From the NCBI GenBank assembly GCA_020052615.1, contig JAGVOT010000038.1, positions 43,028 through 107,027 of the forward strand: a DNA stretch of 64,000 nt. Reading direction: 5' to 3'. The notes below the pieces were generated by a model. That model saw only the letters and a program-made list of their open reading frames with translations. It was not told where the DNA came from and ran no database searches. This document shows, in pieces, positions 54,604 to 63,611 of this stretch; positions within the stretch are counted from its first letter, which is position 1; the number at the start of each line of letters is the position of its first letter. The position numbers and the translations under genes are program-made. This DNA is from Nitrospirota bacterium (GTDB lineage Bacteria > Nitrospirota > UBA9217).

Positions 54604-55914
54604 TTATTTGTTCAGGGAAACGAGGAATGCCGCCAGCGCGGCCTTCTCCGCCTCGGTCCCGGCAAAGGGCGGCATGTAGGGGAACCCGCCGAGCGCGGTC
54701 AGGATGTTCCCGGCAACTGCCGCATCCGTCAGGTTCAGCTTTTTCACCATTTGGGGCAGCGGCCTCAATCCTGTTTTGTCGAGCACGTGACAAGCAGAAC
54801 ACTCGATGAGGGCGATCATCCTTCCCGCCTGGAGACGGTTCCCGTCAGTGATCTCCCGCAGCCCGTCGGGCACAAAGGGAGAAACCCGGAGAATGCCTTC
54901 TTTGTTTATCCTCGCTATCTCAGCCTTCACCCCTTTCGGTGCGATGTCCTTGCCGATCACCTGGTTTGAATACAGGTAGGACGAGATGACATAGGGTTTG
55001 CGGATCATTTCCCTGGTCCTCTCTGTCGACCAGATGCCGATAAAAAGAACCATGATGGCTGCTATTGCCGGGACCAGCTTTATGGACAGCGGTTTTAGCC
55101 TGGCAAACAGGAAATAGGCGAGCATCGCTCCCCAGGCAGCAAAGATGCCGTTCTTCAGCCCCTGGGGAACGATCATCCCCATAAGTCCGATGGAGGCCTC
55201 CGGAAGCGCCTTCAGGTACCAGAACAGCGCACCGCTCGCGATCAGCAGCCCGGCAAAGCCCCACTGCGAAGCGGTCCTTATCACGAGTCTTTTTGCCTCG
55301 TCGTTCTTGAGGCGCGTCGCCACTGCCACGGCATAGGTTGCGGAGATGGCGAACATGACGGCGGTCCTCAAGAACAGCTGCGGCCAATAGGTCTGGTTGA
55401 AGAAACCGTCGAAGAATCCGCCGGTCTCGGGCCATTTTCCGGGTGAAAGCATGAACGACAGGATGCCGGTGATGATCACCATGGTGATCCACGAGGTGAC
55501 GGCGAAGATCCAGCCGATCTTCAGATGGGTCCTCCGGTCGACCTTGCCCAGAGTGTAGTAATAAATGAATATTCCCGTCACTTCAACGATGAAGAAGACC
55601 CACTCCGTCGCCCATCCCCAGACGTAGTTATGGATCAGCCCCGATATGCCCCTCGGGTTCGCCACCGTGGCCGCATACCATATCCCGACGCCGCTCAAGG
55701 ATCCGAACACGTAAGCGAAGACGAGCAGAAGCAGCGTGTATTTTTTGACGAACTCAAGCAAATCCGGCCGGCTTTCCCGGTACGCCTTCGTTTCAATATA
55801 GACGTTTATCCACATGGCGCCGACGGAAAGGTGGGACGGCAGAATATGGAAGGTGGCGATGAGCGCCAGGACAATGCCGGCGCTCAGATGGGGCACTTCC
55901 CAGATCGGGTACAT
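54604..55914 (-). CDS. cytochrome bd (CydA)-like subunit with a C-terminal c-type haem domain
   Basis: N-terminal IATFHILPSHLSVGAMW...WGWATEWVFFIVEV is CydA-like. The C-terminal soluble part carries CSACH and ends ..EAEKAALAAFLVSLNK (cytochrome c-like). Confidence 0.65.
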   Translation of the reverse strand: MYPIWEVPHLSAGIVLALIATFHILPSHLSVGAMWINVYIETKAYRESRPDLLEFVKKYTLLLLVFAYVFGSLSGVGIWYAATVANPRGISGLIHNYVWGWATEWVFFIVEVTGIFIYYYTLGKVDRRTHLKIGWIFAVTSWITMVIITGILSFMLSPGKWPETGGFFDGFFNQTYWPQLFLRTAVMFAISATYAVAVATRLKNDEAKRLVIRTASQWGFAGLLIASGALFWYLKALPEASIGLMGMIVPQGLKNGIFAAWGAMLAYFLFARLKPLSIKLVPAIAAIMVLFIGIWSTERTREMIRKPYVISSYLYSNQVIGKDIAPKGVKAEIARINKEGILRVSPFVPDGLREITDGNRLQAGRMIALIECSACHVLDKTGLRPLPQMVKKLNLTDAAVAGNILTALGGFPYMPPFAGTEAEKAALAAFLVSLNK

Positions 55915-55999
55915 GACAGGCTTCCTTTCTTAGCTCGTCTTTTTCGACGCGGTTGGCGGCTTGTTGCTGCTTACCATTGACTGCGCAATTCACCTTCTT

Positions 56000-56740
56000 C
56001 TAGTGGTGCAGCCTGAAAAACAAGATGGTGCCTATCCCGGCGAGAAGCAGAAGCGTCTGCTCGATGCTTGCTTCTAAATCCGCCTTCCGGTGGAGCTTGG
56101 GTAAAAGATCAGCTGTGGCAATATAAATAAAGCTGGCGGCGGAAAAGGCGAGTATGTAAGGAACTGCCGCCTGCATCGTGGTGAGATAAAAGTAGGCGAT
56201 CATCGCTCCGGGAAGGGTGGCCAGCGAGGAGAACAGATTATACAGGAAGGCCCGCTTCCGGGGGTACCCGCTGTCGAGGAGAACGGCGAAATCGCCCACC
56301 TCCTGCGGGACCTCGTGGGCGATAACCGCCAGGGCGGTTGCCGTTCCCAGGGGAACGGATATGAGGAACGCGGCCGCTATGACGACGCCATCGACAAAAT
56401 TATGGAAGGCGTCGCCGATGAGAATGAGCGGCCCCGTCGCACCATGAATCTCGCATGAGCCGTCGTGACAGTGCCGCCAGATCACGAGTTTTTCGAGCAG
56501 GAAGAAGAGGACGATCCCGGCCAGCACCGTGGCGAGCACCGGCGCAGCGGAGGCGCGATCAAGGGCCTGCGGGATCATGCCGAGGAAGGCCGCACCGAGC
56601 AGCGTTCCCGCCGCGTAGCTGACGAGAGCGGGTACCACCGTGCTCCTCATCCGGTCGGGAAACGCAAGCAGCAGCACCGCACCCCCGAGCGACCCGACGC
56701 TTCCCAGCAAACTGAATATGATGATCCAGGTGACCAGCAC
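56000..56740 (-). CDS. ZIP-family divalent metal transporter
   Basis: HNFVDGVVIAAAF and HEVPQEVGDFAVLL are ZupT/ZIP motifs. Confidence 0.85.
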   Translation of the reverse strand: MLVTWIIIFSLLGSVGSLGGAVLLLAFPDRMRSTVVPALVSYAAGTLLGAAFLGMIPQALDRASAAPVLATVLAGIVLFFLLEKLVIWRHCHDGSCEIHGATGPLILIGDAFHNFVDGVVIAAAFLISVPLGTATALAVIAHEVPQEVGDFAVLLDSGYPRKRAFLYNLFSSLATLPGAMIAYFYLTTMQAAVPYILAFSAASFIYIATADLLPKLHRKADLEASIEQTLLLLAGIGTILFFRLHH

Positions 56741-56881
56741 AGGACCTATCTCCTATCATGTCTTTGCATCGTTTCCTCGACCATGCATCTGGTGGAACGG
56801 ACTTCTTTCTCCGCGAGCGCATGCCCTTCCTTCGACCGAAAAGCGCAGGCGGTCGACCTTTGTCATCGGAATCGAAGACGT

Positions 56882-57769
56882 TCAAGCATGCACCGCGGCC
56901 GGGCCGCACTGTCCCTTCGACACGGGGCCCCCCTTGACGACCAGGACGGCGCAGCTCGCCTGTCCGATGACCTTTTCCGTCGAGCTGCCCATAAGAAGCT
57001 TCTTCAGTCCTGTTTTTCCATAGGTCCCCATGACGATCAGATCTACGCCCCTGCCGCCTGCGGTCTCGACGATGACATCGTGAGACCTGCCGATGGGCGT
57101 CTCCGTTTCCACGGGCACGCCTTCCCTGCCTGCCATGTCGGCCACTTTCTGAACATGCGCTTTTGCTTCATCCAGTTCCGCTTCCGAGTGCGCCGAAGAG
57201 ACGGCGTGAACAGTACCCCCGCAGCGCTTTGCGATCTCGATCGCCTCGGAAGCCGCCGCCGTGCTGTGCTCCGAGCCGTCAGTGGCGACCAGGATATTCT
57301 TGCCCTCGATCCGCGCGGCCCGGGGAACAACGAGGACCTTGCAGGGCGCGTGACCGACGACCCGTGCGGCCACCGGACCCATCAGCACTTTCATCAGTCC
57401 GCGCCGGCCGCGCCGGCCGATGACGATCATGTCAACCTTCCTCTCCGCCGCCTCGTCGACGATGCATTGACAGGGCTCCTCGGCGTAGTGCAGGGCGGTC
57501 TCGCAGGAGGACAAGCCCTCCCGGGATGCTCTCGATTTCAGCGATGAAAGATACTTTGTCGCTTCCTCCTCTTCTTTTTGATAAACACTCGCGCCGATCG
57601 TCTCATATTCCGGGTTCGTTTCAAGGACCGACATAACGTAGAGCCTGCTCGAGCACCTCTTGGCAAAATCTATCGCCTCCCGTACCGCCCCTTCGCTGAA
57701 TGTCGAGCGATCCGTTGCCAGCAGCAGCTTTTCGAGCTTCGAGATCGGGCAGAACTGCGCGCTATTCAT
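56882..57769 (-). CDS. tandem universal stress protein (UspA) domains
   Basis: Two repeats of the pattern ..LLATD/VATDGSE..., each ending in VGHAPCKVLVV or IGQASCAVLVV. Confidence 0.85.
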   Translation of the reverse strand: MNSAQFCPISKLEKLLLATDRSTFSEGAVREAIDFAKRCSSRLYVMSVLETNPEYETIGASVYQKEEEEATKYLSSLKSRASREGLSSCETALHYAEEPCQCIVDEAAERKVDMIVIGRRGRRGLMKVLMGPVAARVVGHAPCKVLVVPRAARIEGKNILVATDGSEHSTAAASEAIEIAKRCGGTVHAVSSAHSEAELDEAKAHVQKVADMAGREGVPVETETPIGRSHDVIVETAGGRGVDLIVMGTYGKTGLKKLLMGSSTEKVIGQASCAVLVVKGGPVSKGQCGPAAVHA

Positions 57770-59031
57770 GACAACACCTCCATCGTATGGATTTTTTCCG
57801 GCCTATGGTCCCTGAGGCCTTTCAGATCGAGAACATTCGTTTTCCGAATTTCGATGCCGGCGTCGCCAAAGACGTATTCAGGGCCTTTGCCTTCGAAAGT
57901 CTCTTTCGTGTACAGGACGTCCACCTTCATGGTTACGAGATGTTCTGCGAGCTTGATGCCCTTTCCCTTTTCCAGTTGAACGAACGGGTTCTCCAGGTAT
58001 TCCTGAGACACCACCGCTCCGTCTGATGTTCTTTCGTCCCAAAGGACGAGAAGGGGAGCCTTGGCGAAATGCTCTGAAATCGCGCCCTCTCTGTCTGCAA
58101 GAGGGACAGCATAGCGCAGGAACTCTTTCTTCTCCGGTTCGACATGGACGATCGCCCTTTCCACAAAGGAGATCTTGTCTTTTATTTCCCTTTCCAGGTC
58201 AAGGGCGATCTTATAAGCCTCTTTCAGCCGTGTGAGCGCCAGGTTTACGGATATCTCGACGAATATGAACCTTCCGGAATTTCTCGCCTGGATCGAAATA
58301 GGCTCCCGGACCTGGGGAAACCCCTTGACAACCTCACGCATGCGGTCCACTGTTTTACTATCCACGGAGGCGTCGAGGAGGCTTTTCATCGAATCCTTGA
58401 GAATGCCGTACCCCGCCTTGACCACGAGCACCAGGACCGCCACGGCCGCTATGCTGTCAGCGGCGGTGAAGGATAACCGTGCGCCGCCGATCCCTGCCGC
58501 CACGACCGCAAGGGGCGCCAGGTCCGTCCTCCAGTTTTCCGCATCGGCCAGGAGGGACGGGGAATTCACAGCGGCAGCCATTTTTGCCTCGTATCGTGAA
58601 AACAGAACGATCGGGGTCGCCATCAGCAACAGGGCGATCATCGTACTGTCGAGATTTCGTAGGGCCAGGGGCGCCGGACGAACGATCATTGAAGCGATCT
58701 CGTACGCGGAGAGCAAGATCATCACGCTTGAGAGAACCGCGGCCAGATTCTCGATCTTGTAGAGGCCCCAGGGGAACTGCTTCGATTTTTTTTCCGACAG
58801 GTACATGCCCCCGATCACCAGCAGACTCCCGACCACATCGGTGAGGGAATGCACCGCCTCGGCGAGCACGGCGGTGCTCCCGCCATACAGATAGAGGAGA
58901 TATTTTGCTGCCGCAAGAAGCAGGTTAAGCACGAGGGAGTAGATTGCAATCCTCTTCCCCCTCCCCTCGGAAGGCCCGTCCTGCCTCCCGGTCCCCTGGT
59001 TCACTGCTGATGCAGGACTGACCGTGGTCAC
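57766..59031 (-). CDS. cation diffusion facilitator (CDF) transporter fused to a NifX/NifB-like (Nitro_FeMo-Co) domain
   Basis: 6-TM CDF core (LAEAVHSLTDVVGS..., ENWRTDL) and a cytoplasmic CDF C-terminal domain. An extra ~120 aa follows: YAVPLADREGAISEHFAKAPLLVLWD...GKGIKLAEHLVTMKVDVLYTKETFEGKGPEYVFGDAGIEI. Confidence 0.75.
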   Translation of the reverse strand: MTTVSPASAVNQGTGRQDGPSEGRGKRIAIYSLVLNLLLAAAKYLLYLYGGSTAVLAEAVHSLTDVVGSLLVIGGMYLSEKKSKQFPWGLYKIENLAAVLSSVMILLSAYEIASMIVRPAPLALRNLDSTMIALLLMATPIVLFSRYEAKMAAAVNSPSLLADAENWRTDLAPLAVVAAGIGGARLSFTAADSIAAVAVLVLVVKAGYGILKDSMKSLLDASVDSKTVDRMREVVKGFPQVREPISIQARNSGRFIFVEISVNLALTRLKEAYKIALDLEREIKDKISFVERAIVHVEPEKKEFLRYAVPLADREGAISEHFAKAPLLVLWDERTSDGAVVSQEYLENPFVQLEKGKGIKLAEHLVTMKVDVLYTKETFEGKGPEYVFGDAGIEIRKTNVLDLKGLRDHRPEKIHTMEVLS

Positions 59032-59059
59032 CGCTCACCTCGTCATCGGCAATTTCCGC

Positions 59060-59968
59060 TTAGTGCCCCTTTGCTCCGCCCGTGGTTTTCCCGATGAGGA
59101 CAGAACACGGAGCATGTCCGAGGACGCGCCGGGACACGCTCCCGAGCATCCCCTTGAGACCCCGCATCCCGCTGCTTCCCAGCGCGATGACATCCGCTCC
59201 GAGCGATTCAGCCGCCTTCAGGATCGTCTCAGCGGGGTCGCCGCTTTTGACGATATTTGATACCTTTGCGAATTTTTCCTCGAGAAACGCGCGGGCATCG
59301 CGCATGATACCCTCAGCTCTCCGATATTCCATAGCGGTGATCTTCGCCGCTGTCTCCTTCACCCGGTCAGCCACTTCAAGGTAAAAACGCTCCGGGATGT
59401 CCGCGAAGTCGGATCGTGTTACATACATGATCGTGACTTCGCTTTCCTCGGGGAAGGGTATTCTGGCCAGGAGCCTGCCCGTCTCCAGGGCGAGTGAAGA
59501 ACCGTCCGTGGCATACAGGACCTTCACCGGCCCCGACGCCTTCCATTGCGGCGCCCTGGTGACAAATATAGGGGTCGGGGAGTTGATAGCCGTTGCCCTC
59601 GTCACGCTCCCGAGAAAGAGTGATCTCATGCCGCTTATTCCCCGCGCACCCATGACGATCATGTCCATCGGCACCAATGCTGCCGCATTGACAATGGATT
59701 TATCCGGATGGCCGGTCGCCACCATGGTGCTGATCCTCGCCTTGAGGTCCTTTAGTTCCGCAACGGTCGCATCCAGTATTTTTGGAGCGATCCCCTTCTT
59801 TACACGCATAAGGTCCGCATACTCCGGCCCGTCCGTTCCCGTGAGCGGCGTCTCGGGAATGACGTACAGTACGGTGATCTCATCATCCGATGAACAGCGG
59901 AACCGCGAGAGGAATTGCGCCGACCCTATCGAGTATTCGGAGCCGTCCGTTGCGAGCAGTATTTTCAT
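59060..59968 (-). CDS. tandem universal stress protein (UspA) domains
   Basis: MKILLATDGSEYS... and VLYATDGSS..., with LGHAPCSVLI at the end. Start set at ATG 59968, preceded by GGAGG. Confidence 0.85.
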   Translation of the reverse strand: MKILLATDGSEYSIGSAQFLSRFRCSSDDEITVLYVIPETPLTGTDGPEYADLMRVKKGIAPKILDATVAELKDLKARISTMVATGHPDKSIVNAAALVPMDMIVMGARGISGMRSLFLGSVTRATAINSPTPIFVTRAPQWKASGPVKVLYATDGSSLALETGRLLARIPFPEESEVTIMYVTRSDFADIPERFYLEVADRVKETAAKITAMEYRRAEGIMRDARAFLEEKFAKVSNIVKSGDPAETILKAAESLGADVIALGSSGMRGLKGMLGSVSRRVLGHAPCSVLIGKTTGGAKGH

Positions 59969-60235
59969 ATTGCACCTCCGATCTGCATGCGCTATACCAA
60001 TACTGTAGCACATACCAGGTCGCCCGTGCGCAGTGCGGAGCACCCCGGCAATGCATCTTCTGCAACAGACTGTTGCTTTTGAACGCCCTCAGCCTTTTGC
60101 CGATCATCGGGGTGTTCGAAGAGCGGTGTAAGAACGGGACAGCTTAGCCGACGGCACATTAGTTTTCCGCATCAGAAAGAGCCGTACGCTTTGATCCCTG
60201 TCTGGCTGCTCATGAAGTTCTCTGCAATGAAGCCT

Positions 60236-60574
60236 TCAGTGATCGCAGACGTTCGTTCCCCCTGCGAGGGTCCCCGCGAGATAGTCTGCTGCGAGGCGTT
60301 CCGGCGTTTCAGCGGGCGCTCCCGTCACCACCTGAATGCCCTGCTGGGCGAAGAGCCCCAGGGCTCGCTGACCCAGACCGCCGGCAATGACGAGCGTGGC
60401 GCCCCGCTCCGCCAGCCACGACGGCAGAAGACCCGGCTCATGCGGCGGTGCGTCGATGTCCTCGCGTTTCAGAACCGCCTTTGCTGTCGGGTCAACGTCT
60501 GCCAGGGCGAAGCGTTTACAGTGGCCGAAATGGTTCGTCAGCTTGCCCTCTGCGAGGGGAATAACGATTCTCAT
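60236..60574 (-). CDS. NifB/NifX-family (Nitro_FeMo-Co domain) protein
   Basis: MRIVIPLAEGKLTNHFGHCKRFALADVD...LVIAGGLGQRALGLFAQQGIQVV. Confidence 0.8.
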   Translation of the reverse strand: MRIVIPLAEGKLTNHFGHCKRFALADVDPTAKAVLKREDIDAPPHEPGLLPSWLAERGATLVIAGGLGQRALGLFAQQGIQVVTGAPAETPERLAADYLAGTLAGGTNVCDH

Positions 60575-60737
60575 GTTCTCGTCCTCCTTGTGCTTCTCGG
60601 TTGCGATCTTCTCTTCTCTCCCGTTGGCCCCGTCGAGCGCTGCAATCGGCTTGACGATCTCCCGCAGGATCGCCGCTGTGGGGAAAGTGGTATGATGCGC
60701 GTCCCGTCCCGCGCTGTGTCTTCGTGGTCAGGGCAAT

Positions 60738-61622
60738 TCACCGATACCTCCTTTCGTTCAGACGTTCCCAGATGTCCCGGATGTCCCGCGCCGCATCAGC
60801 ATCTGTTTCCACCACAGCCCGCTCCTGCATTTGGGCCAGGGTCACCGCGCGGTCGTACCGGATGCGTCCGGCAACCCGGACCCCTGCGCGCCGCGCCTTG
60901 TTTTCGATCCGCTCCGTCATCTCCCCGTTGATGTCCCATTTGTTCACGCACACTGCCGCCGGGATGGCGAAGTGACGGGCCAGGGCAAGGACCCGCTCCA
61001 TATCATGTTCGCCCGAGACGGTCGGTTCGGTCACCACGAGCACGGACGAAGCGCCCGTCACCGAGGCGATGACCGGGCAGCCGATGCCCGGCGGCCCGTC
61101 GACGATCACGAGAGGATGGCCGTCCTCCTCGGCGATGCGCCGGGCCTCGCGCCGGACGATCGATACCAGTTTGCCGGAGTTCTCGGCCGCCACGCCCAAC
61201 CGGGCATGGACCATCGGCCCGCAGCGGGTCTCAGACACCATCCATTCGCCGCAGACCCGTTCGGGAAAATCGATGGCCGAGGCCGGGCAGCGCCGGACGC
61301 AAACCCCGCACCCCTCGCAGGAGAGGAGGTCGATGAAAAACCGGGCCTCCCCCCCTTCACCCGCCATCCGCACCGCGCCGAACCGGCAATGGGCCAGGCA
61401 TTCGCCGCAGCCGACGCAATCGGCCTGGCGGATGACGGCCTGGTGCCCGCCGCGGAATTCGTGCCGTGCCGTTGTCCGGGGAGCAAGGACCAGGTGCAGG
61501 TCCGCGGCGTCCACGTCGGAGTCGGCGATGACCGGACGTTCGGCAAGTACGGCGAACGATGCGGCAACGCTCGTCTTCCCGGTCCCCCCCTTGCCGCTGA
61601 TGACCACAAGTTCCTGTATCAT
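60738..61622 (-). CDS. MinD/ParA-type P-loop ATPase with an inserted 2x[4Fe-4S] ferredoxin domain
   Basis: VISGKGGTGKTSVAAS, then CVGCGECLAHC and CEGCGVCVRRC. Start set at ATG 61622 (GAGGAA upstream). Confidence 0.8.
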   Translation of the reverse strand: MIQELVVISGKGGTGKTSVAASFAVLAERPVIADSDVDAADLHLVLAPRTTARHEFRGGHQAVIRQADCVGCGECLAHCRFGAVRMAGEGGEARFFIDLLSCEGCGVCVRRCPASAIDFPERVCGEWMVSETRCGPMVHARLGVAAENSGKLVSIVRREARRIAEEDGHPLVIVDGPPGIGCPVIASVTGASSVLVVTEPTVSGEHDMERVLALARHFAIPAAVCVNKWDINGEMTERIENKARRAGVRVAGRIRYDRAVTLAQMQERAVVETDADAARDIRDIWERLNERRYR

Positions 61623-61632
61623 CGCTTCCTCA

Positions 61633-61824
61633 TCACGTCGCAGGCTGTTTGCGTCCGATCGATCTGATCCGCGCGATGACGGTCTCTCCCGCGCGCACCC
61701 TGTCCCCGCGTTTGGCCAGAACATCCACGTCGACCGCCGGCAGATAGAGGTCCAGCCGCGAGCCGAATTTCATCATGCCATGCTCCTGCAGCAGCGACGA
61801 TGCCGATACCGGGTACTGCTTCAC
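61633..61824 (-). pseudogene. psd: phosphatidylserine decarboxylase 3'-terminal remnant
   Basis: LLQEHGMMKFGSRLDLYLPAVDVDVLAKRGDRVRAGETVIARI matches the Psd self-cleavage (G-S) region and C-terminus. The ~150 aa normally upstream are absent, and that position is occupied by the end of the preceding ATPase gene. Confidence 0.5.
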
Positions 61825-62702
61825 GCCTGATTTTCATCATAGCCCCCCGCGGAAACGCCTATTTCGGCACACTTCAACTTCATGGTTTTTTCGATCAGGC
61901 TCATAAAGAGCCCCCGGTATTCCGGCAGCGCATCGACGATCAAGCTCCCGACGGAGTAGGCTTCCGCGATCCGCCGGTCATCGGGGATTTCCAGGAGCAC
62001 CGGTATTTTTTCGGCAGCGCAGTAACCATGCACCCGGTCGTCGCCGATCCCGACCCGGTTGACCACGACACCGAAGGGGATCCGAAGCTCCCGCACCATA
62101 TCGACGGCCAGCGTGAGATCATGGAGGCCGAAAGGCGTCGGCTCGGTGACCAGGGCCACGAAGTCCGTTCCCCGGAGCGCGGCAATGACCGGGCACGAGG
62201 TCCCCGGCGGCGCGTCCACGATCGCCGGCGTTTCCCGCCTCATCCGGGCCTTCGCCGCCCTGATCAGGGGCGGCGCCAGGGCAACTCCCACATCGAGCCG
62301 GCCCTGCATAAGCGTGACGTTTTCCGACTCAACGGTTTCGACGACCCCGATGCGCCGCTCCGTTTCACCGATGGCGCCCTGCGGACAGACCAGCGCGCAG
62401 CCGCCGCAGCCGTGGCAGAGCTCGGGAAAAACGATAGGCGTGGTCCGGAGCGACACAATGGCGCTGTACTGGCAAAACCGGCTGCACTCGCCGCAGGCAT
62501 CGCACAGGGAAGCATCGACCTGCGGGACCGGGATGGTAATGATCTCCTGCTCCCGCACCGGGCCCCTGAGAAACAGGTGATCGTTCGGTTCCTCCACGTC
62601 GCAGTCCAAAAGCTGCGCGGGAGAGCCGTATGCACGCGCCAGATTCGCGGCGACCGTTGTCTTGCCTGTCCCCCCTTTGCCTGAAGCGATTCCCAGGATC
62701 AT
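61821..62702 (-). CDS. MinD/ParA-type P-loop ATPase with an inserted 2x[4Fe-4S] ferredoxin domain
   Basis: IASGKGGTGKTTVAANLA, CDACGECSRFC, CHGCGGCALVC. Confidence 0.8.
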   Translation of the reverse strand: MILGIASGKGGTGKTTVAANLARAYGSPAQLLDCDVEEPNDHLFLRGPVREQEIITIPVPQVDASLCDACGECSRFCQYSAIVSLRTTPIVFPELCHGCGGCALVCPQGAIGETERRIGVVETVESENVTLMQGRLDVGVALAPPLIRAAKARMRRETPAIVDAPPGTSCPVIAALRGTDFVALVTEPTPFGLHDLTLAVDMVRELRIPFGVVVNRVGIGDDRVHGYCAAEKIPVLLEIPDDRRIAEAYSVGSLIVDALPEYRGLFMSLIEKTMKLKCAEIGVSAGGYDENQA

Positions 62703-62759
62703 GACGTATCTCCACCCTGGCTGCGGGAATCCCCTTTGACCACCCTATGAACGGTCACG

Positions 62760-63116
62760 TTACTGCCACGCATCGTCTACCGAATCGGCCGGCGTGAGTT
62801 TTCCCGCGCGGAAGTCTTTCAAGGCTGCGGCAATCGTCGGCGCGCCGGTGCAGTAGATCGTTATGCCTGCTGCAGAGAGCACGCGAAACGCCTTGGGTCC
62901 GCAGTGGCCGGTGACGAGACTGTCCACACCCGCCCGGGCGACCGTCTCCGCCGCCTGGATGCCCGCGCCCTGCGCCGTTTGCACGCCCTGCCGATTGTCG
63001 ATGACTTCGAAGGTATCCTTGTCCGTGTCATAGACAAGGAACTTCGGCGCCCGGCCGAAGCGGAAGTCCATCGGCGCATTCAGGGTCTCTCCGGAAGTGG
63101 TGAACGCGATCTTCAT
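62760..63116 (-). CDS. NifB/NifX-family (Nitro_FeMo-Co domain) protein
   Basis: MKIAFTTSGETLNAPMDFRFGRAPKFLVYD...VDSLVTGHCGPKAFRVLSAAGITIY. Start set at ATG 63116. The longer track ORF overlaps the DUF5320 gene. Confidence 0.8.
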   Translation of the reverse strand: MKIAFTTSGETLNAPMDFRFGRAPKFLVYDTDKDTFEVIDNRQGVQTAQGAGIQAAETVARAGVDSLVTGHCGPKAFRVLSAAGITIYCTGAPTIAAALKDFRAGKLTPADSVDDAWQ

Positions 63117-63213
63117 CGGTGCTCTCCTGCTGGGATCCCGGACTCCGCTCGCTGCTGCGCCGGTCGTTTCGCCGGCGCAGCCGTCGCGGGATCGTGATGA
63201 TTCCTGTAAGGGC

Positions 63214-63570
63214 TTATTCGGACGCAGCGCCGGCTTCGAGTTCATCGATCCGTTTCTTGATGAGATCCAGATCCGATTGCAATGCTTCGGCCTGGTTCCT
63301 GAGCGACTGTTTCTCCATCTCCGGATCGGGCTTTTGATACGGCGCCGCATATCCGCCGGATCGCATCCGCCCCGGCAGTCCGGCGGCGTCGAACCAATGC
63401 CGCCATCCAAAGCCTCCACCGCCGAAACCGCAGCCCCGGCTGAACCCCCGTCCGAAACCGCGTCCTACGGCGTTGGCATATCCGGGAATTCCGAATCCGG
63501 CGCAGTATCGGGCAGCTCGCCCGGCCATCGCGCCCTTGCCTCTCGGTCCTGTTCTGTCTCCTCTCGGCAT
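63214..63570 (-). CDS. DUF5320-family protein
   Basis: MPRGDRTGPRGKGAMAGRAARYCAG..., a Gly-rich middle section and a C-terminal coiled coil (EKQSLRNQAEALQSDLDLIKKRIDELE). Confidence 0.7.
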   Translation of the reverse strand: MPRGDRTGPRGKGAMAGRAARYCAGFGIPGYANAVGRGFGRGFSRGCGFGGGGFGWRHWFDAAGLPGRMRSGGYAAPYQKPDPEMEKQSLRNQAEALQSDLDLIKKRIDELEAGAASE

Positions 63571-63611
63571 GATAGCGCCTCCATTTTTGCCTTTTTCTCT
63601 TCCTTCTTAAG

